A DNA stretch of 64,000 bases, taken from positions 20,088,001 through 20,152,000 of the forward strand of contig JAQFVV010000004.1 in assembly GCA_028023455.1 (NCBI GenBank), given 5' to 3'. The stretch comes from Epiperipatus broadwayi. Its lineage: Eukaryota; Animalia; Onychophora. Position numbers and translations under genes: made by a program. Below are positions 13,465-26,874 of the stretch, one piece after another; the stretch's first letter is position 1; every line of letters starts with the position of its first letter. Under the pieces are notes generated by a model. It searched no databases, was not told where the DNA came from, and was given only the letters and a program-made list of their open reading frames with translations.

Positions 13465-14129
13465 TAAATCTTGAATAGTAATTCTATTGTTAATAAATAT
13501 ATAAAATCAACATTCCTCCTTTTTCTTTTTAAAACTTGTTTTATTCCAAACTATAATTTTATTTATCTTCCATACAACGTTTCAACTACATTCTGTAGCC
13601 ATTATCAAGTTTCCTTAAAAAAAAAAACAATAATAAAAATAAATAAATAAATAAATAAAAAACAAAAATAATAATACAAATAAATAAAATATTAATATAT
13701 CACAAATATATATAATATTCAAATAAAACCACAATATTATTATTATCTACAAATATAATTATTTACCTCCTTCCCTATATTTAATTATTTCTTTTAAAAT
13801 ACCTTTATAATTTAATACTCTTCTTATATAAATTTATTATCTATTCTCTAAATCTTTATCCATTAACATTCTTTTAATACCCTTTCCCCTTTTTTATATA
13901 TTATTCCTATATTATCTTATTTTTTATCTTTATTTATTAACATTCTATTTAATACTGGCTTATACTGATCAATATATGCTTCCTCTTTTTTTATTCTCTC
14001 TTTAAATTTTTTAACACATTTCAATGGCCTTATATCAAAATTTTCATGCTTAAATTCTACTTAGTTTATCCAAAAGTATATGTAAAGTTTCTTACTGCAA
14101 GAACATTTTAAAATGTTATGAAAGATCAA

Positions 14130-15050
14130 TTCTTCAGTCCGCCAACTGGTGATATAAAAATATATAGTGAAATAGGGGTGAAGAGAAGATCTTATTTGAT
14201 ATATTTATTGCATATAAGAAAATACAAGATGAGCTAGATGTACAAAACTTGGAAGGCATCAAAACCTCCTGAAAATTCATGGACAAAATGCTCAATGAAA
14301 GGGGTCCTAGGCAAACTCCACTCAAATTATACACCACAGGCATATGTGAGATTCATATTCAAATTGATCAATGGAGTTTTACCGACTACAAATACATTAA
14401 TAAAAGATTGGGAATGAGTTTAGAGGAAACTTGTTCATTTTGTAAAAATAAACTGGAAACATTTCAACACTTACTCGAAGAATGCAGTGCTTTTGGGAGG
14501 CTAAAATACAGTTTTCCACATGCCAATAATAAATCTTAAAATGTTACTGAAGCAAAATGTAATAAAATTCAAACCACATAATGCAATGGTGATAATACAT
14601 ACATTAAAAACTATGTGGACAATCTGGGGTTCTTTAATATTCGATAATAAAAAATTTAATTGGTTGAAGAAACTTGACAATGATTGGGACAGCTATTTTG
14701 GTAGGTGTTTGAAATACTGGCCTAAGAAGATTATGGAAAGAGTATGGGGAGGGACTGCTATGACCAATTGTGAAATGTGGGAGTAAAAATAGACACACAA
14801 ATAAAGAATGAGATAGTAAAAATATGTAAAATGGTAAAATAAAGGATTTCTCAAGAGAGAATAAAGATTCCATGTTTAAACTAGGAGTACGAGTTGTATG
14901 GTATAACTCTAGGATTTAATTAGGAAAATTATATTAACTTTATAACAATGAGAGACCTATAGACTCACATTGTGGTGTTTTGGGGAGAAGATCAGTAAAT
15001 TTATGGTAAAGGATAAAGTGAATCAAAACTAATTTGTAGATATTTCCTGT
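14130..15050 (+). mobile_element. 5'-truncated L1/Tx1-like LINE 3' end
   Basis: ORF 14279-14539 has CSFCKNKLETFQHLLEEC (C-terminal CCHC-type motif of L1/Tx1 ORF2). The next frame has WTIWGSLIF. Followed by aataaag and an A-rich tail at ~15010-15048. Confidence 0.65.
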
Positions 15051-17731
15051 ACATATTTAGAGGTTTGTTTAATAAAGTTTATTACTTGAAATAAAATTAA
15101 AAAATTAACTGATCCTCTAGAAAGCAGGTTTAATTTATTTTAAAAAGGCATTGAATCTCAGATGATCCTAGTTTGTACTTGCTTTCCACAAGTCTTATTT
15201 ATAACAATTCAAAATATGTATTAATTATATATATATATATACAAGCACAGACACACACACATTCATGCTAAAATTTGTAAATATTAATAAACTCTTCATT
15301 TATCCAACATAAATTTCATATTTATAATATAATTTATTTTTCTAATCTTTGCCTTTTTAATTTTGTGGCCAGCAGGAATGAGATTCTAAATTTATGTCAA
15401 GCAAAACAATTACGGTTGATATAATATATAAACATAAATGTTTAAAAGAATTTAGGGCAACTAGATAACAATATTTGAAATCTTTAGAAGATTAAAGTTA
15501 GAAAGAAGATATGTTTATTCGAGTCTTATTTTTTAATAAAAAAAATTTAACCTGTTATTATGTTCATATTTCTTCTTTTTATTTATAAAAGAAAAAGATT
15601 TCAATAAGATAAAATCACGTGCATCATAAACAAACATTTAATAAGATAGGAGCAAAGAAATTCATTAAGCTAACAGCTAGGAATGGATTAATAAAGTACT
15701 GAAAGAAAAAAAAGTTTTAAATGAAAGAAAATTAATATCATTTCTCCAACAATTATCCATATTTTAAAAGAAATTTATGTTATTATTTTAGCAGTGTAAA
15801 ATCAATCGTTTGAAATGGAAAACAACTCATTCATTTTTTGACAAAAATTGCCTAGCGGTCAGTTAAATTTCATCAGATTATCTAATTTCGTCAGAATTCA
15901 AATATTTATTTAAATAAATTATTAATATTAAATACTCACATTGTGCAATCGATTTGACTCATTTTATAAGTAGAATAAAATCTACTTCTGCTGTGTCTAT
16001 AGAAATATAATAATAATAATTTTAATTCATACGATATTTAGAATTACTTAATAAATTTCTTATATAACTCCTTTCCGTATGTTATGTGCATATATATATA
16101 TATGCATATGAGCAGTAAATCTGACTAATATATCTAGTGTTGTATATAACAGTCATATCTAAATTTTCTTTCTACTTAAAATATAATCTCTTAATATCTA
16201 TAAAGTGTGAATTATTTTATGATATTGTAAAAATTCCTTATAAGGGAAGAATTTGGATTGAAATTAGTTTTTAAACTTAGATACAATAAAAATAATATTT
16301 TGAATGAAATTAGCCACACATTGGACAAAATTATGATACGTTAATTGTTTTATTGTAGTCATATCAAATTATTATTACTAATAGTAATCTAAATATAATA
16401 ATACAGCAAAGAAGATGATCTTGTATATTTGACTTTTTATGAGAGGATGTTAAATATGTGAGTGTGTTTGTTTTGCATAACATATTTTTAAAAATATTAT
16501 CAATCAATAAATGAGCATTTTATAGATGAAGTTTTCAGCAAATTACCATATTGGGAATTCTAATTCCTTAATCTTGGATGTTAACCATTTTTAAAGTTAT
16601 TAATAAAATATCCACTTCTCCAATTTTAACCAATGAATGCATTATACATAATACTTTCCTAATTATTTTTCTTGGACAACCGTTTGATGCTTAACTCAGT
16701 TGGAACAAAAGACTCCTACAATATTTAATAATTCTAGTATGATGTAATATTTAACACAATTATTCAAATATTACATTACACAATATTTCTTAACTGCTCA
16801 GCTGTAGATCAGTGTTGGTCTATAAAGAAATTTGATCTGATTGCAAAAATACTTTAACCCAAAAGAGATGGCATAATAAAACTGTAGTATCCATTTGTTT
16901 CATTACCGCTAAATAAAGTTATAGGTAGCCATTTTTTATAATAAAAAATCTTTATAAGTTTAGATGGTGGAAAATAATTTCTTAAATGCGTGTCAGTAGA
17001 CGTTTGTATCATTTACAGTAAATAAAATTATAGATCGTCATTTTTCCTAAATAAAGATTGCAAGACTAAGATACATGTGAAATCTCACCGCCAGACTAAT
17101 ACATAAGTACTTTTCATAAAATAAAAATATAGATTAAATAAGCAAAAAAATTTAAATAAAAACAGTTATGAATTGACCAATATTTAATTTTCATTTTACT
17201 TTCTCGATTCACATTAACTTCAAAAACAGTTAAATATCCCCCCACCTTCCCCTTCGATTAACAATTTCTTTTTAAATTTAAAATAACTATTAAATTTCTT
17301 TAGCAAACGAAGGGTTTTTTTTTTTCCAAAATTTATTTTCAAAAAATTGTTAATGAATATAACGTTTATAGATTAAAATGGTTTCTATTTTTTATCATTT
17401 TATGTGCGTTTGTATGTTTAATAATATAAAATCAAGTTTAGCTGTAAATTCACTTTTTTATTTAGCTTTAACAATCGTGCAAACAAATATTGATTTAACA
17501 AAATGGGATTAACAACAAAATTTCATTAAATTTTAAGTACGTTTGTTTATTTGATAATTATTATATACTTAAAGCTATAATATATGACATGTATAAAACA
17601 TAAATATAATAACTATTAAAGCACATATTGTTAGGCCATAAAAAAAATGTTTCTATTATTCACTGCTCCACAATAGAAAAAAGATTGAAACACTGCTCTA
17701 ATGCACAGTTCATCATCATCATTCATCATTA

Positions 17732-18577
17732 TCAACCATTATCAATCCACTGCAGGATGAAGGTCTCTCCAAGTTTAATCCATCTTCTCCGATCTTTAGC
17801 TTCTCTTCTCCACATCACCCCTACACATTTTCTTATTTCATCCATCCATCTTACATGTGGTCTCCTTCTGGGTCTTTTACAATCTCTTGGAATCCAGTTT
17901 AAAATTTCAATTGTCCATCTATTATCATCTCTTCTAGCAATATGTCCAGCCCAACTCCACTTCAATCTTTTAATTTTTTCAATGAGGTCAGTAACACCTG
18001 TTTGTTCTCTTACCCATACATTGCATTTTCGATCTCTTCTTGTTACTCCCAACATACATCTCTCCATACTTCTTTGAGTGGTCTGAAGTCTCTGTATTGA
18101 TCTTCTATTAAGTGTCCAAGTCTCAGATCCATAAGTAAGAACTGGTAAAACACATTTGTTAAAAACCTTTCTTTTCAAACACATAGGCATATTTCCTTTT
18201 AATATCAAGTTATTTCTACCAAAAGCACTCCAACCAAGTTTAATTCTATGATTAATTTCCTCTATTATGTTTCCATCTGTATTAATAATCTGACCAAGGT
18301 ATTTGTAACTCTTAACTTCTTCTAATTCATCATAATCAATCTTTATTTTCATATTTTGAGAAAATCGATTAAACATTACTTTAGTCTTTTTAACATTTAT
18401 CTTTAGTCCTACTTTCCTACTTTCATCTGATAACTCCTGCAACATTTCCTGCAGCTCGGAAGCATTATTTGCAAAAACAACTACATCATCTGCGAAATCT
18501 AAATGACTTAAATAATCTCCATTTACTTTCACTCCTTTAGTTTCCCATTTTAATCCACAAAATACTTCTTGCAGCAC
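17732..18577 (-). CDS. RTE ORF, C-terminal part of RT (continues upstream in frame through GKVNIEKGVRQGDSISPK to about 18640)
   Basis: LDFADD catalytic motif, YKYLGQ, LTYGSETW, WAGHIARR, RRRPHVRW. Frameshifted relative to the N-terminal part near 18640. Confidence 0.9.
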   Translation of the reverse strand: MLQEVFCGLKWETKGVKVNGDYLSHLDFADDVVVFANNASELQEMLQELSDESRKVGLKINVKKTKVMFNRFSQNMKIKIDYDELEEVKSYKYLGQIINTDGNIIEEINHRIKLGWSAFGRNNLILKGNMPMCLKRKVFNKCVLPVLTYGSETWTLNRRSIQRLQTTQRSMERCMLGVTRRDRKCNVWVREQTGVTDLIEKIKRLKWSWAGHIARRDDNRWTIEILNWIPRDCKRPRRRPHVRWMDEIRKCVGVMWRREAKDRRRWIKLGETFILQWIDNG

Positions 18578-18626
18578 TGCTGTAAAACGTTTTGGAGATA
18601 TGGAGTCACCTTGTCTTACACCTTTC

Positions 18627-20714
18627 TCAATGTTGACTTTCCCAATTATGTAATCTAATTGTTGCTGTGGAATTTTTATAAATATTCTTTAAAATATGAC
18701 AATATTCTGGATCTATACCTTGATGATCCAATGCTTTAATCACTGAAGAAATGTTTATAGAATCAAATGCCTTTTCATAATCTACAAATCCAAAACATAA
18801 TGACAACTCATATTCATTTGTCTTTTCTATAACTTCTCTCAGTACCTGAATATGATCTACAGTACTAAAACCACTTTTAAATCCAGCTTGTTCTCTTGGT
18901 TGGTGGAAATCCAATGTTCTCTGTAGATGAGTTGTAATTATCTTGGTAAAAATTTTATATAAAACTGATAAAAGGCTGATAGGTCTGTAATTTCTAATAT
19001 CTTCTTTATCACCTTTTTTAAATATTAATATTATTACTGCATTCTTCCAATCATCCAGTACATCTTTATCATTTAGACATTTAGTATATAACTTTGCTAA
19101 AAAAATTTCTGTTTCTTCACCTGCTTCTTTTAATATATCAATTATAATTCCATCATTACCTGGAGCCTTTCCTTTCTTCATACATTTAATTGTATTTCTC
19201 ACTTCTTCATTTAAAATTCTGGGCAATTCGGAAGATGTAATAGATATAGGAAGTACTTGTTCTTTATTACTATATAATTCTTGATAAAAATCTTCTACCA
19301 ATTTCATAATGTCATTCCTCTTTTTAGTAATAATTCCATCTTTTTTCCTTATTGCAGATATAAATTTCCTACCAATACCAAAATGTTGTTTTACATTCTT
19401 AAGACTTTTATTTTCTTCTACAGCTTTTCTTGCTAGTTCACAGTTATACTTTCTTATATCATTTTCAACTCTTTTCCGCACCATTTTACAAAATTCGAGA
19501 TATTCAATTCTTTTTAATGCATCATTCTTGCATATCTTCATATTCCTTCTTTTCTTCATAAGTTCTCTAGTCTCAGTAGAAATTTTATTAGTCAATTGCT
19601 GCTTTTTTCTACCAGCTATCTTTGTTGCAGTTTTTAAAAGTGTATCAGTTATTTTCAAATTAATTTCATTCAAATGTGAATCATGTTCAAAATCTACTAA
19701 TACTTGAAACCGATTTGTAAGTTCTAATTTAAATTCATTAGAATGTTTCTGAAGATTAGGAATATCAACTGTAAATATAGTTTTTCTTAATAATTTTTGT
19801 CTCTCTAGTTTTACATTAACATGTATCTTACCCCTTACTAATCGATGATCACTTCCTGTGTTAAATTTATTAAGAACATTACAATCTTGAAATATGTATT
19901 TCCTGTTAGTCAAAATATAATCCAATTCTGCTGTACCTTCATTTGGATGCTTCCATGTCCATTTCCTTCTAACATTTTTCTCAAAAAAAGAATTCATAAT
20001 ATAAAGTTTTTCCTTCTCTGCAAACTCCACAAGTCTATGTCCTCTCTCATTTCTATTACCATAACCAAAATTACCTACAACACTTTCATCTTTCATTTGT
20101 TTACCAATTCTAGCATTAAAATCTCCCATAACAATTTTAAAATGTTGTTTACTCTGATCAAAAGCCTTTTGTACATCCATATAAAAATCTTCTACTACTT
20201 CATCACTGTGAGAACTTGTTGGGGCATAAACCTGAATTATCTGCATTTGATATCTGCTATTAAGTTGTATAACTAATCTTGCCACTCTGTCTGATACACC
20301 ATCAATCTCCACAATATTGTTCTTCCACTTTTTATTTATAATGAATCCTACTCCACTTGTATTTCCAATATTTGTGCCTTTATAATAGAGCATATGTCCA
20401 CTTTTTAAATCAATTGTCTCTTCACCTTTTCTTCTAACTTCACAAAGTCCAATAATATCCCATTTAATATAAGAGAGTTCTTCTTCTAATTCTTGCAATC
20501 TTCCTTCACTTGAAAGTGATCTGCAATTGTAAGTACCTAAATAAAGAGTCGTCATCAAATGGCAGCCTGGGTCCGCCTCCAGGATATTCTTAGCACCCTC
20601 CGCCTTCGGCCACCAACCGCTGCCTTGGTTGGTGACTTTACAGCCTCCTGGGATTAAGGGCCATGCTTTATTTTTGTCTGTCATAATTGTATAATTGGAA
20701 AAAATCTTTATCAT
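18627..20714 (-). CDS. RTE ORF, N-terminal part: AP endonuclease and RT N-terminal subdomains
   Basis: 695-aa open frame. Endonuclease motifs GTYNCRSL, GLCEVRR, GDFNARIG, LDYIL, SDHRLV; RT motifs APGNDG, YRPISLL, QAGFKSGFST, DYEKAFDSI. The likely conserved start is MTTLYL at 20555. Confidence 0.9.
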   Translation of the reverse strand: MIKIFSNYTIMTDKNKAWPLIPGGCKVTNQGSGWWPKAEGAKNILEADPGCHLMTTLYLGTYNCRSLSSEGRLQELEEELSYIKWDIIGLCEVRRKGEETIDLKSGHMLYYKGTNIGNTSGVGFIINKKWKNNIVEIDGVSDRVARLVIQLNSRYQMQIIQVYAPTSSHSDEVVEDFYMDVQKAFDQSKQHFKIVMGDFNARIGKQMKDESVVGNFGYGNRNERGHRLVEFAEKEKLYIMNSFFEKNVRRKWTWKHPNEGTAELDYILTNRKYIFQDCNVLNKFNTGSDHRLVRGKIHVNVKLERQKLLRKTIFTVDIPNLQKHSNEFKLELTNRFQVLVDFEHDSHLNEINLKITDTLLKTATKIAGRKKQQLTNKISTETRELMKKRRNMKICKNDALKRIEYLEFCKMVRKRVENDIRKYNCELARKAVEENKSLKNVKQHFGIGRKFISAIRKKDGIITKKRNDIMKLVEDFYQELYSNKEQVLPISITSSELPRILNEEVRNTIKCMKKGKAPGNDGIIIDILKEAGEETEIFLAKLYTKCLNDKDVLDDWKNAVIILIFKKGDKEDIRNYRPISLLSVLYKIFTKIITTHLQRTLDFHQPREQAGFKSGFSTVDHIQVLREVIEKTNEYELSLCFGFVDYEKAFDSINISSVIKALDHQGIDPEYCHILKNIYKNSTATIRLHNWESQH

Positions 20715-21429
20715 TTACACAAACATTCATTCTGCCTTATCAGGCATTGAGAAGAAAGATCATGGTGTTTCTTGATCTTAAACTCAGAGGTAAAAAGCCA
20801 ATAAACTCACCACGCTGGCTAATGCATGTTGGTGAGCAGCCCATCCATGTTCGTATACTATATGAATAAACATATAGTAATAACAGCTGCAACGACAAGA
20901 ACGTATGGAGTGGACATTAGGAATTTGCCCTGCTTGGTTCCTTTAAGACCTCCAAGAGGAATCAAAGGGTCTCCTTTCAGTTAATAGCAAACTCCTTTCT
21001 GCAGCCATGCACAGTTATAAGTATTTAAAAGTGAATATTAAAGCCTAGAGATGTGGTTATTTAATTTAATAGAAACGATTTATCAAAAGCTGAATCATTT
21101 TTTGATATTTTATTAATGCATAATAGATATTTGTATATGTTTCTTGCAACTTACCTCTTATTTATGAAGTTCAATATTTATTAGATTTGCATAAAAATCA
21201 AACTAGCTATCAGTGTTAAATACATAATAAACATACATATACACAATTGTCTGAAGATTTGATATGATAATCTTTAATTTGTAATTATATATTGATATAT
21301 TGCCACCAAATTTGAATTGTTAACAAATACTAGAAAAATTCAAACTTTTTTTAATATCTATGTATATACATTCAATTGTTAATGATAAGACACAGATTAA
21401 TATGGAACATAACATTTCAAGTAGTAAAG

Positions 21430-22400
21430 TTCACTTATCTTTTTCAGTTGTAGCTGGCTTGATCAATAATAAACTAGCCCAAAAACTAAACCAGTGACTT
21501 TTAGATTTATGAATACTGAATTTAAAGTGATTATTAGTCAAAGGTAACAAACAGACAATAAAGACTTTATATATTTTTTTTATGTGGATCTTCCTGATTT
21601 CTCCATTATTTCCTTTTAAAACCATAGTTAATATGAGTGATTTTCCAAAATAAAGAATTACCACATTAGGTTGGCTTAGAATTTGCCATTGTTATCTGAA
21701 CAACTTCTTTAAATGTTTTATTTGTATTTTTTCCTCTCTGTATTCATTGATATATTCTTGGTCTTCTATTTTAAATACACCTGATTTTCCCTCTCTAGTC
21801 ATTACGTTCTTTTAATCATTTTAATGTTTTTGCTTTTTATTGAAATGCTGGATACTAGCAAATGTTTTATAACTAATGTGATTTTTTTCAATCATCTCAT
21901 TTGTTTTTCAGAAATTCAAATCTCATTTCCAATTGTTTACCCAATATTATATTCTACTTTTAAATAAGAGATCATCTTACTCTTGTTTTTATGTTTTTAT
22001 TCATCACTAATGTTTATTGCATGTTTTTTTTTCATGGCTTATTTTTTTACAACTGCAATACTCTTAACTTTGATTGCAACTTTCTGATGTACCAAAGTTT
22101 AAAGAATTTCCAATAATTTGATACTTTTGAAGACAGTTACTATTTAATAAAGTATCAAACACCTAGAACTAATGTCTTTCTTCAGTATGCATTACATTTT
22201 ATATATTTTAATGTTATATATTATGAAAGTTATTTATAACTACTTTTTTCCATTTGAGACTTTCTTTCTGGGAGCTTTATATGTGGTTCTCATTGTTATC
22301 TTTATTGCAACTTTATATTTGTTCATTGATTTATTTTCACTTCATTTATATTCATGTTTTCTTTTATCTATTTTTTTAACTTTATAACTTAGATTCTGCT
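21430..22400 (-). mobile_element. Possible decayed RTE-like LINE fragment
   Basis: KSLILTMVLKGN resembles the RT subdomain-1 motif xSLIxxxPKKG; strand composition is LINE-like. Confidence 0.35.
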
Positions 22401-23099
22401 GTTTCAAATTGCAATCCATTCAATAGTGAAGTATTGAGAAAGTTTAACTAAAAAATCCATATTTTATAGAGCTATTTCATGCATCATATAAACAAATGAA
22501 GATTAAAGTAATCATTGCTTATGATAATTTTGTCTGGTAGCTCTTTTTTTTTAGTTAAAAAATGAATTTCCTTCTTCTGTTAACACAAGTTGTCATAATT
22601 GGAAAAAAATAAAATAAACCATCACAATGTATTCTACTTGAAGAACAAAACTTGGAACCACAATCTTTCAACAAAAATGCTTTAAGGAAGTTTGTATTTA
22701 TTATGCATCTCAATATTTTGCTTGAATTGAAAATAGCGTGTTTTCAGTTTGGGCTCATAGCTTTAGAGTTAACGAAAAAGGTAAAAGGTGACCGCTGGAG
22801 GGATGCATTAGAACCAAAGATTTAGGGCAGTATTCTCAGATTTAAGATTCCTCATTGATGAAAGCATTAAGCTAGAAACTAGTCTGGGATATATTGGATG
22901 AGTAGACACTAGATAGAGATTTTGATGCCCTAATATTCTATCATCCATTGAATCCTATAGCTTGCACTAGGTGGCAATAGTTTATGGAGAAAGCTACTAC
23001 TGTGTAAATTGTAGACAGATTAAAAGTAAAAGAGAAAAAAGTTAGAAAGTTAAGATTATGGTTTTAGTTAAAATTCCTGGAGAAAGCAAAAAATAAATT

Positions 23100-24445
23100 A
23101 TTTCAGAAGAGGTATATATTCTCAGAATTGAATATAACAATTCAATTATGACTAGCTATCTAAAGTTTTTTTTATTCAAAGAATATTAACAACAGTAGTA
23201 GAATTTATGAACAAGCCAGAAAATTTACTGAATTAATTACAACAGATTACAAAAGAATATATTGTAGGATTGTGTGAATCAAAGTAGATGAATTGTTATC
23301 AAAAGAATGAAAAGGTTAAGGTTTTTTTGTAAGATAGTAGTAAAAATATAATAATATAGATGTTACTTTGGATATAAAAATAGCACTGCTGTGTATAATA
23401 AATTCATAATAGTTAATTATAAAACAGTTCCAAAAAATCTAATGATTATTTAAAAAATGCCTGTTAGTGACCATGATGACAAAAATATAGAAATCATGTA
23501 TAAAAAAATTAAAGAAATTACTAAAATAAATATAACAGTAGTAGAATATTAGAGTATTGTGATGAGGCAGAGAAAGATTGGCAAAGCGGATAAGATCATA
23601 AATAAAAAGTAAACATTTACAGAAATAAAAGAATTACTAGTTCTGCATATAAAACAACATGGTAAATATTGAACACATAATTTAAAAATTATAAAAATAA
23701 GATTTTCATGTGGACAGATCTAAGTAAAAGGAATTGATTTCAATTAGATTATTTTAAAATAAGTAGATTTAGAAACAATTTTAAAAATTCACGTAGTGCG
23801 GCTGCTCTAGATTTAAAACTAGTAGAATTGAGATTAATTTTTATAAGAATGTAACAAACAGAGTCAGGAAAGTAGGACTAAAAATAAATCCTAAAAAACT
23901 AAAATAATATTCAATAGATTTTCTCAAAAGAAAATAAAAATTGTAATCAAGAAATAAAAGAAATTAACAACTACAAATATCTTGATCAGATTATTATAGA
24001 CAGAAATACAGTGGAAGAAATTAATCACAGAATTATACTTGGATAGAGTGCTTTTGATAAAAATATGTTAATAGTGAAAAGTTTTTAATAGATGTGTTTT
24101 ATCGGTTCTTACTTATGGATCTCAGACTTGCAGAAGAGCAAAAGACAGATTTCAGACTATTCAATGAAGTATGGAGAAATGCACATTAGGAATAAAAAGA
24201 GATCAAAAGTGAAATATATGGATGAGAGAATGAACATGCATCACTAATATCATTGAAATAATTAAAAGACTGAAATAATAAATAGGTGAAGTTTTACATT
24301 GGATCCCAAGAGATTATAAAAGACCTAGAAAGAGACCACAGATGAGGTGGAGAGTAAATAAAAAGAGAAGCTAGTGACTGGAGTAACTGGATTAAATTTG
24401 GAGAGTCCTTCATCCTAAAATGGATTAATAGTATGGTTAAAAATG
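23100..24445 (+). mobile_element. Decayed, internally deleted RTE remnant
   Basis: 24010-24440 parallels the intact RTE 3' end (EINHRIxLGxSAF...; tttggagagtccttcatcctaaaatggatt corresponds to LGETFILQWID; gatgataatg tail). The upstream part resembles an endonuclease region. Confidence 0.6.
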
Positions 24446-25544
24446 TTGATGATAATGAACATGCACACCCATATATGGCATAGTTGTGATATCTTTATAA
24501 ATAGTGAATTGTGCAATTTTTAACTGTCTTTTTAATTATGTATAAATTATTTTACATAGTCTTACTTTGACAAATGAAGTACATGCATATTCAAACAATA
24601 ATTTAAAAATTAGAGTCATAATTTCATAAAATATTTTAAACATATTGTTCTGACAAGAATTTAAATAATAAAAAATGCAAAATTAATATTTTCAAAAGCA
24701 AATTGAATAGATTCAATATTTTTATGCTTAAGTGTTTAAATATTATAATACAATGTATCAGGTGGCCAACTCCATATAATAAATTTACATAAAGAATTGA
24801 CAGTTTTTTTGGCATATGTGCAAGACAATAATTTTAAAAGCTGCCACCAGATGTAGTATAATGCTAATGCTCTGTAATTCATGAAATATAAAATATGTCT
24901 GCTACTAGAATTTATTTATTTAAAAAATTAACTAATTAACCAATTTTAAAATTATTTTTTTTTCTAAAAAGAGTATATTACAATATGTGCTTTTTAAAAA
25001 AGTTATACAAACTTTATTAATTTCAATCTTATTATGTAGTAACAATATTTGAAAAAGTTGGAATCACATAATACATACTATTAGACAACGTCCCCCCCCC
25101 CAAAAAAAAAAAAAAAAAAACAACTAAACAATAAGAAATATATGTAAAGACTTTCAAAGTATTATGAAATAAAATATATGGACTTCTAAAATAATTTAAT
25201 TAAACAAAAAATATAAAAAAATTTAGATAAGTTTTTACTTAATATATTGAAAAACAATCAAATAGCTTTACTGCTTAGAAATTCATAAGAAATAATCCAA
25301 AGATCTCTCACACCAGAATCTTGCAAACTATTACAGCATGGAATTGCAGGGTTAAATATATTTATAGTTTATTTATTGTTATGTTATTAAAACTAAACAT
25401 TTAAAGTAATCTCCATAGAACTTTGCATCTAAATAAATAATTTTCCAAGTCTGTAAGTGTTGTATAATTATTGCTTTTTGAAATTTCGTAAATATTCATA
25501 AAAATTCAAATTTACATTACATAAAATATATAGGATATATGAGC

Positions 25545-25755
25545 ACAGACTTTCACATGACCCACCACTCTCCACACTATCTCATAACACTGATACACTT
25601 GAACACATATATGTTGAAAAGATAAATAATCACCAATATACGTATTTCATGCTAAACCAGCAATCATCAGTTGATCCAGATTACCATATCTACCCATATA
25701 TGCTATAAGTGCTCAGATATATATTAAGATAGCCAATCCTCATACTTTAATGGAC
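25545..25755. repeat. Dispersed repeat copy homologous to the core of the 40.3-41.2 kb inverted duplication
   Basis: Shares gttgaaaagataaataatcaccaata and gctaaaccagca.tcatcagttg...catactttaatg with 40665-40820. Confidence 0.8.
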
Positions 25756-26874
25756 AGGCTTCAATCTACTCCACACTCCAACTTTTCAACCATCCATCCA
25801 ATTGAAAATCTGATGAGGGGTCAGATTGACCTTAGGTCAACATGGGTGTGACAAGAATACTTTACATATATGTATAACTTTATTGATCAATATTAGTTTC
25901 CTTCAAGCAAATGATTAATAAATATCAGAAAAAGACTAACGATGTCCAAGAAACATTTCTGATTAACTAACTTCATTCATTGCCTTGGATTATCAAACCA
26001 TCTCACATTTCTCTATCGTTGCTCATTATTTATCCATCAGATTTTATTGTGATTTAATCTAACAAGTATACAACCCCTGTACAATCTTAATGCCAATTTA
26101 CTGCTTTTTAGATAAATATAATCATTAATTATTAAGCCAAGATTGCTATATTAATAATAACCCAGATTATATTATAAATTAAATTAAATGTCAATATACC
26201 TATTACCATAAATCCCAATGACACTCAGCATAACTATTTTTCTTTGCACATGGATATTTTATAGTTTAATAAGTTTACTAATAAAGGTAGTTTAGCAGAA
26301 ATGCATCTTGAAAAGCATTAATTTTTTTCTGAAGTTATTAGACATTTGTTTAAAGGAAAACAATATTGAGTAGTAAATTTATATATGTATGTGTATAAAA
26401 AAAGGATAGGAAATACAAATGATGTTTTGCATGATTGAAGTTGATAATAATAGATATATTGATCTTTATTTTAAACTCTATATCTAGTTTATATTAATAT
26501 GACCATCTCTAACTAAGTCAATAGCTATTAATACCATTGACATATTTCACAAAAAGATTATAAATCATTATTAAGATTGAATAAGAGTTATACACTTGTA
26601 GATTAAATTATAACAAAATATGATGAATAAATAATGAATGATTATGAGTATGATGATATGGACCAATTGATAAAGGCACTTAGTAGTAATCCATCTTGGG
26701 AATCAATAATCTTTTCTGATATCTTTAGTCATTTGTTTAAAGAAGTATAATAATGAGTAGTAAATTAACATAAATATATAATGAATAAATATAATAAAGA
26801 GATAAAGTTAAAATAATGCCATGTGTAATTTAAATTTTATATTGATCATTATATTAATATAATTATCTTTAAAC

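Larger units (their letters stand above)
17711..21006 (-). mobile_element. Full-length RTE-clade LINE (about 3.3 kb)
   Basis: 10-bp direct repeat atgcacagtt at 17701-17710 and 21007-21016 (TSD). 3' (TGA/ATG)n microsatellite tail at 17711-17731. AP-endonuclease plus RT ORF with one frameshift and no ORF1. Confidence 0.93.

Noticed and set aside
17628-20276. Plus-strand ORFs 17628-18077, 19309-19707 and 19845-20276
   Set aside because: Antisense shadows of the RTE coding strand; no recognisable domains.
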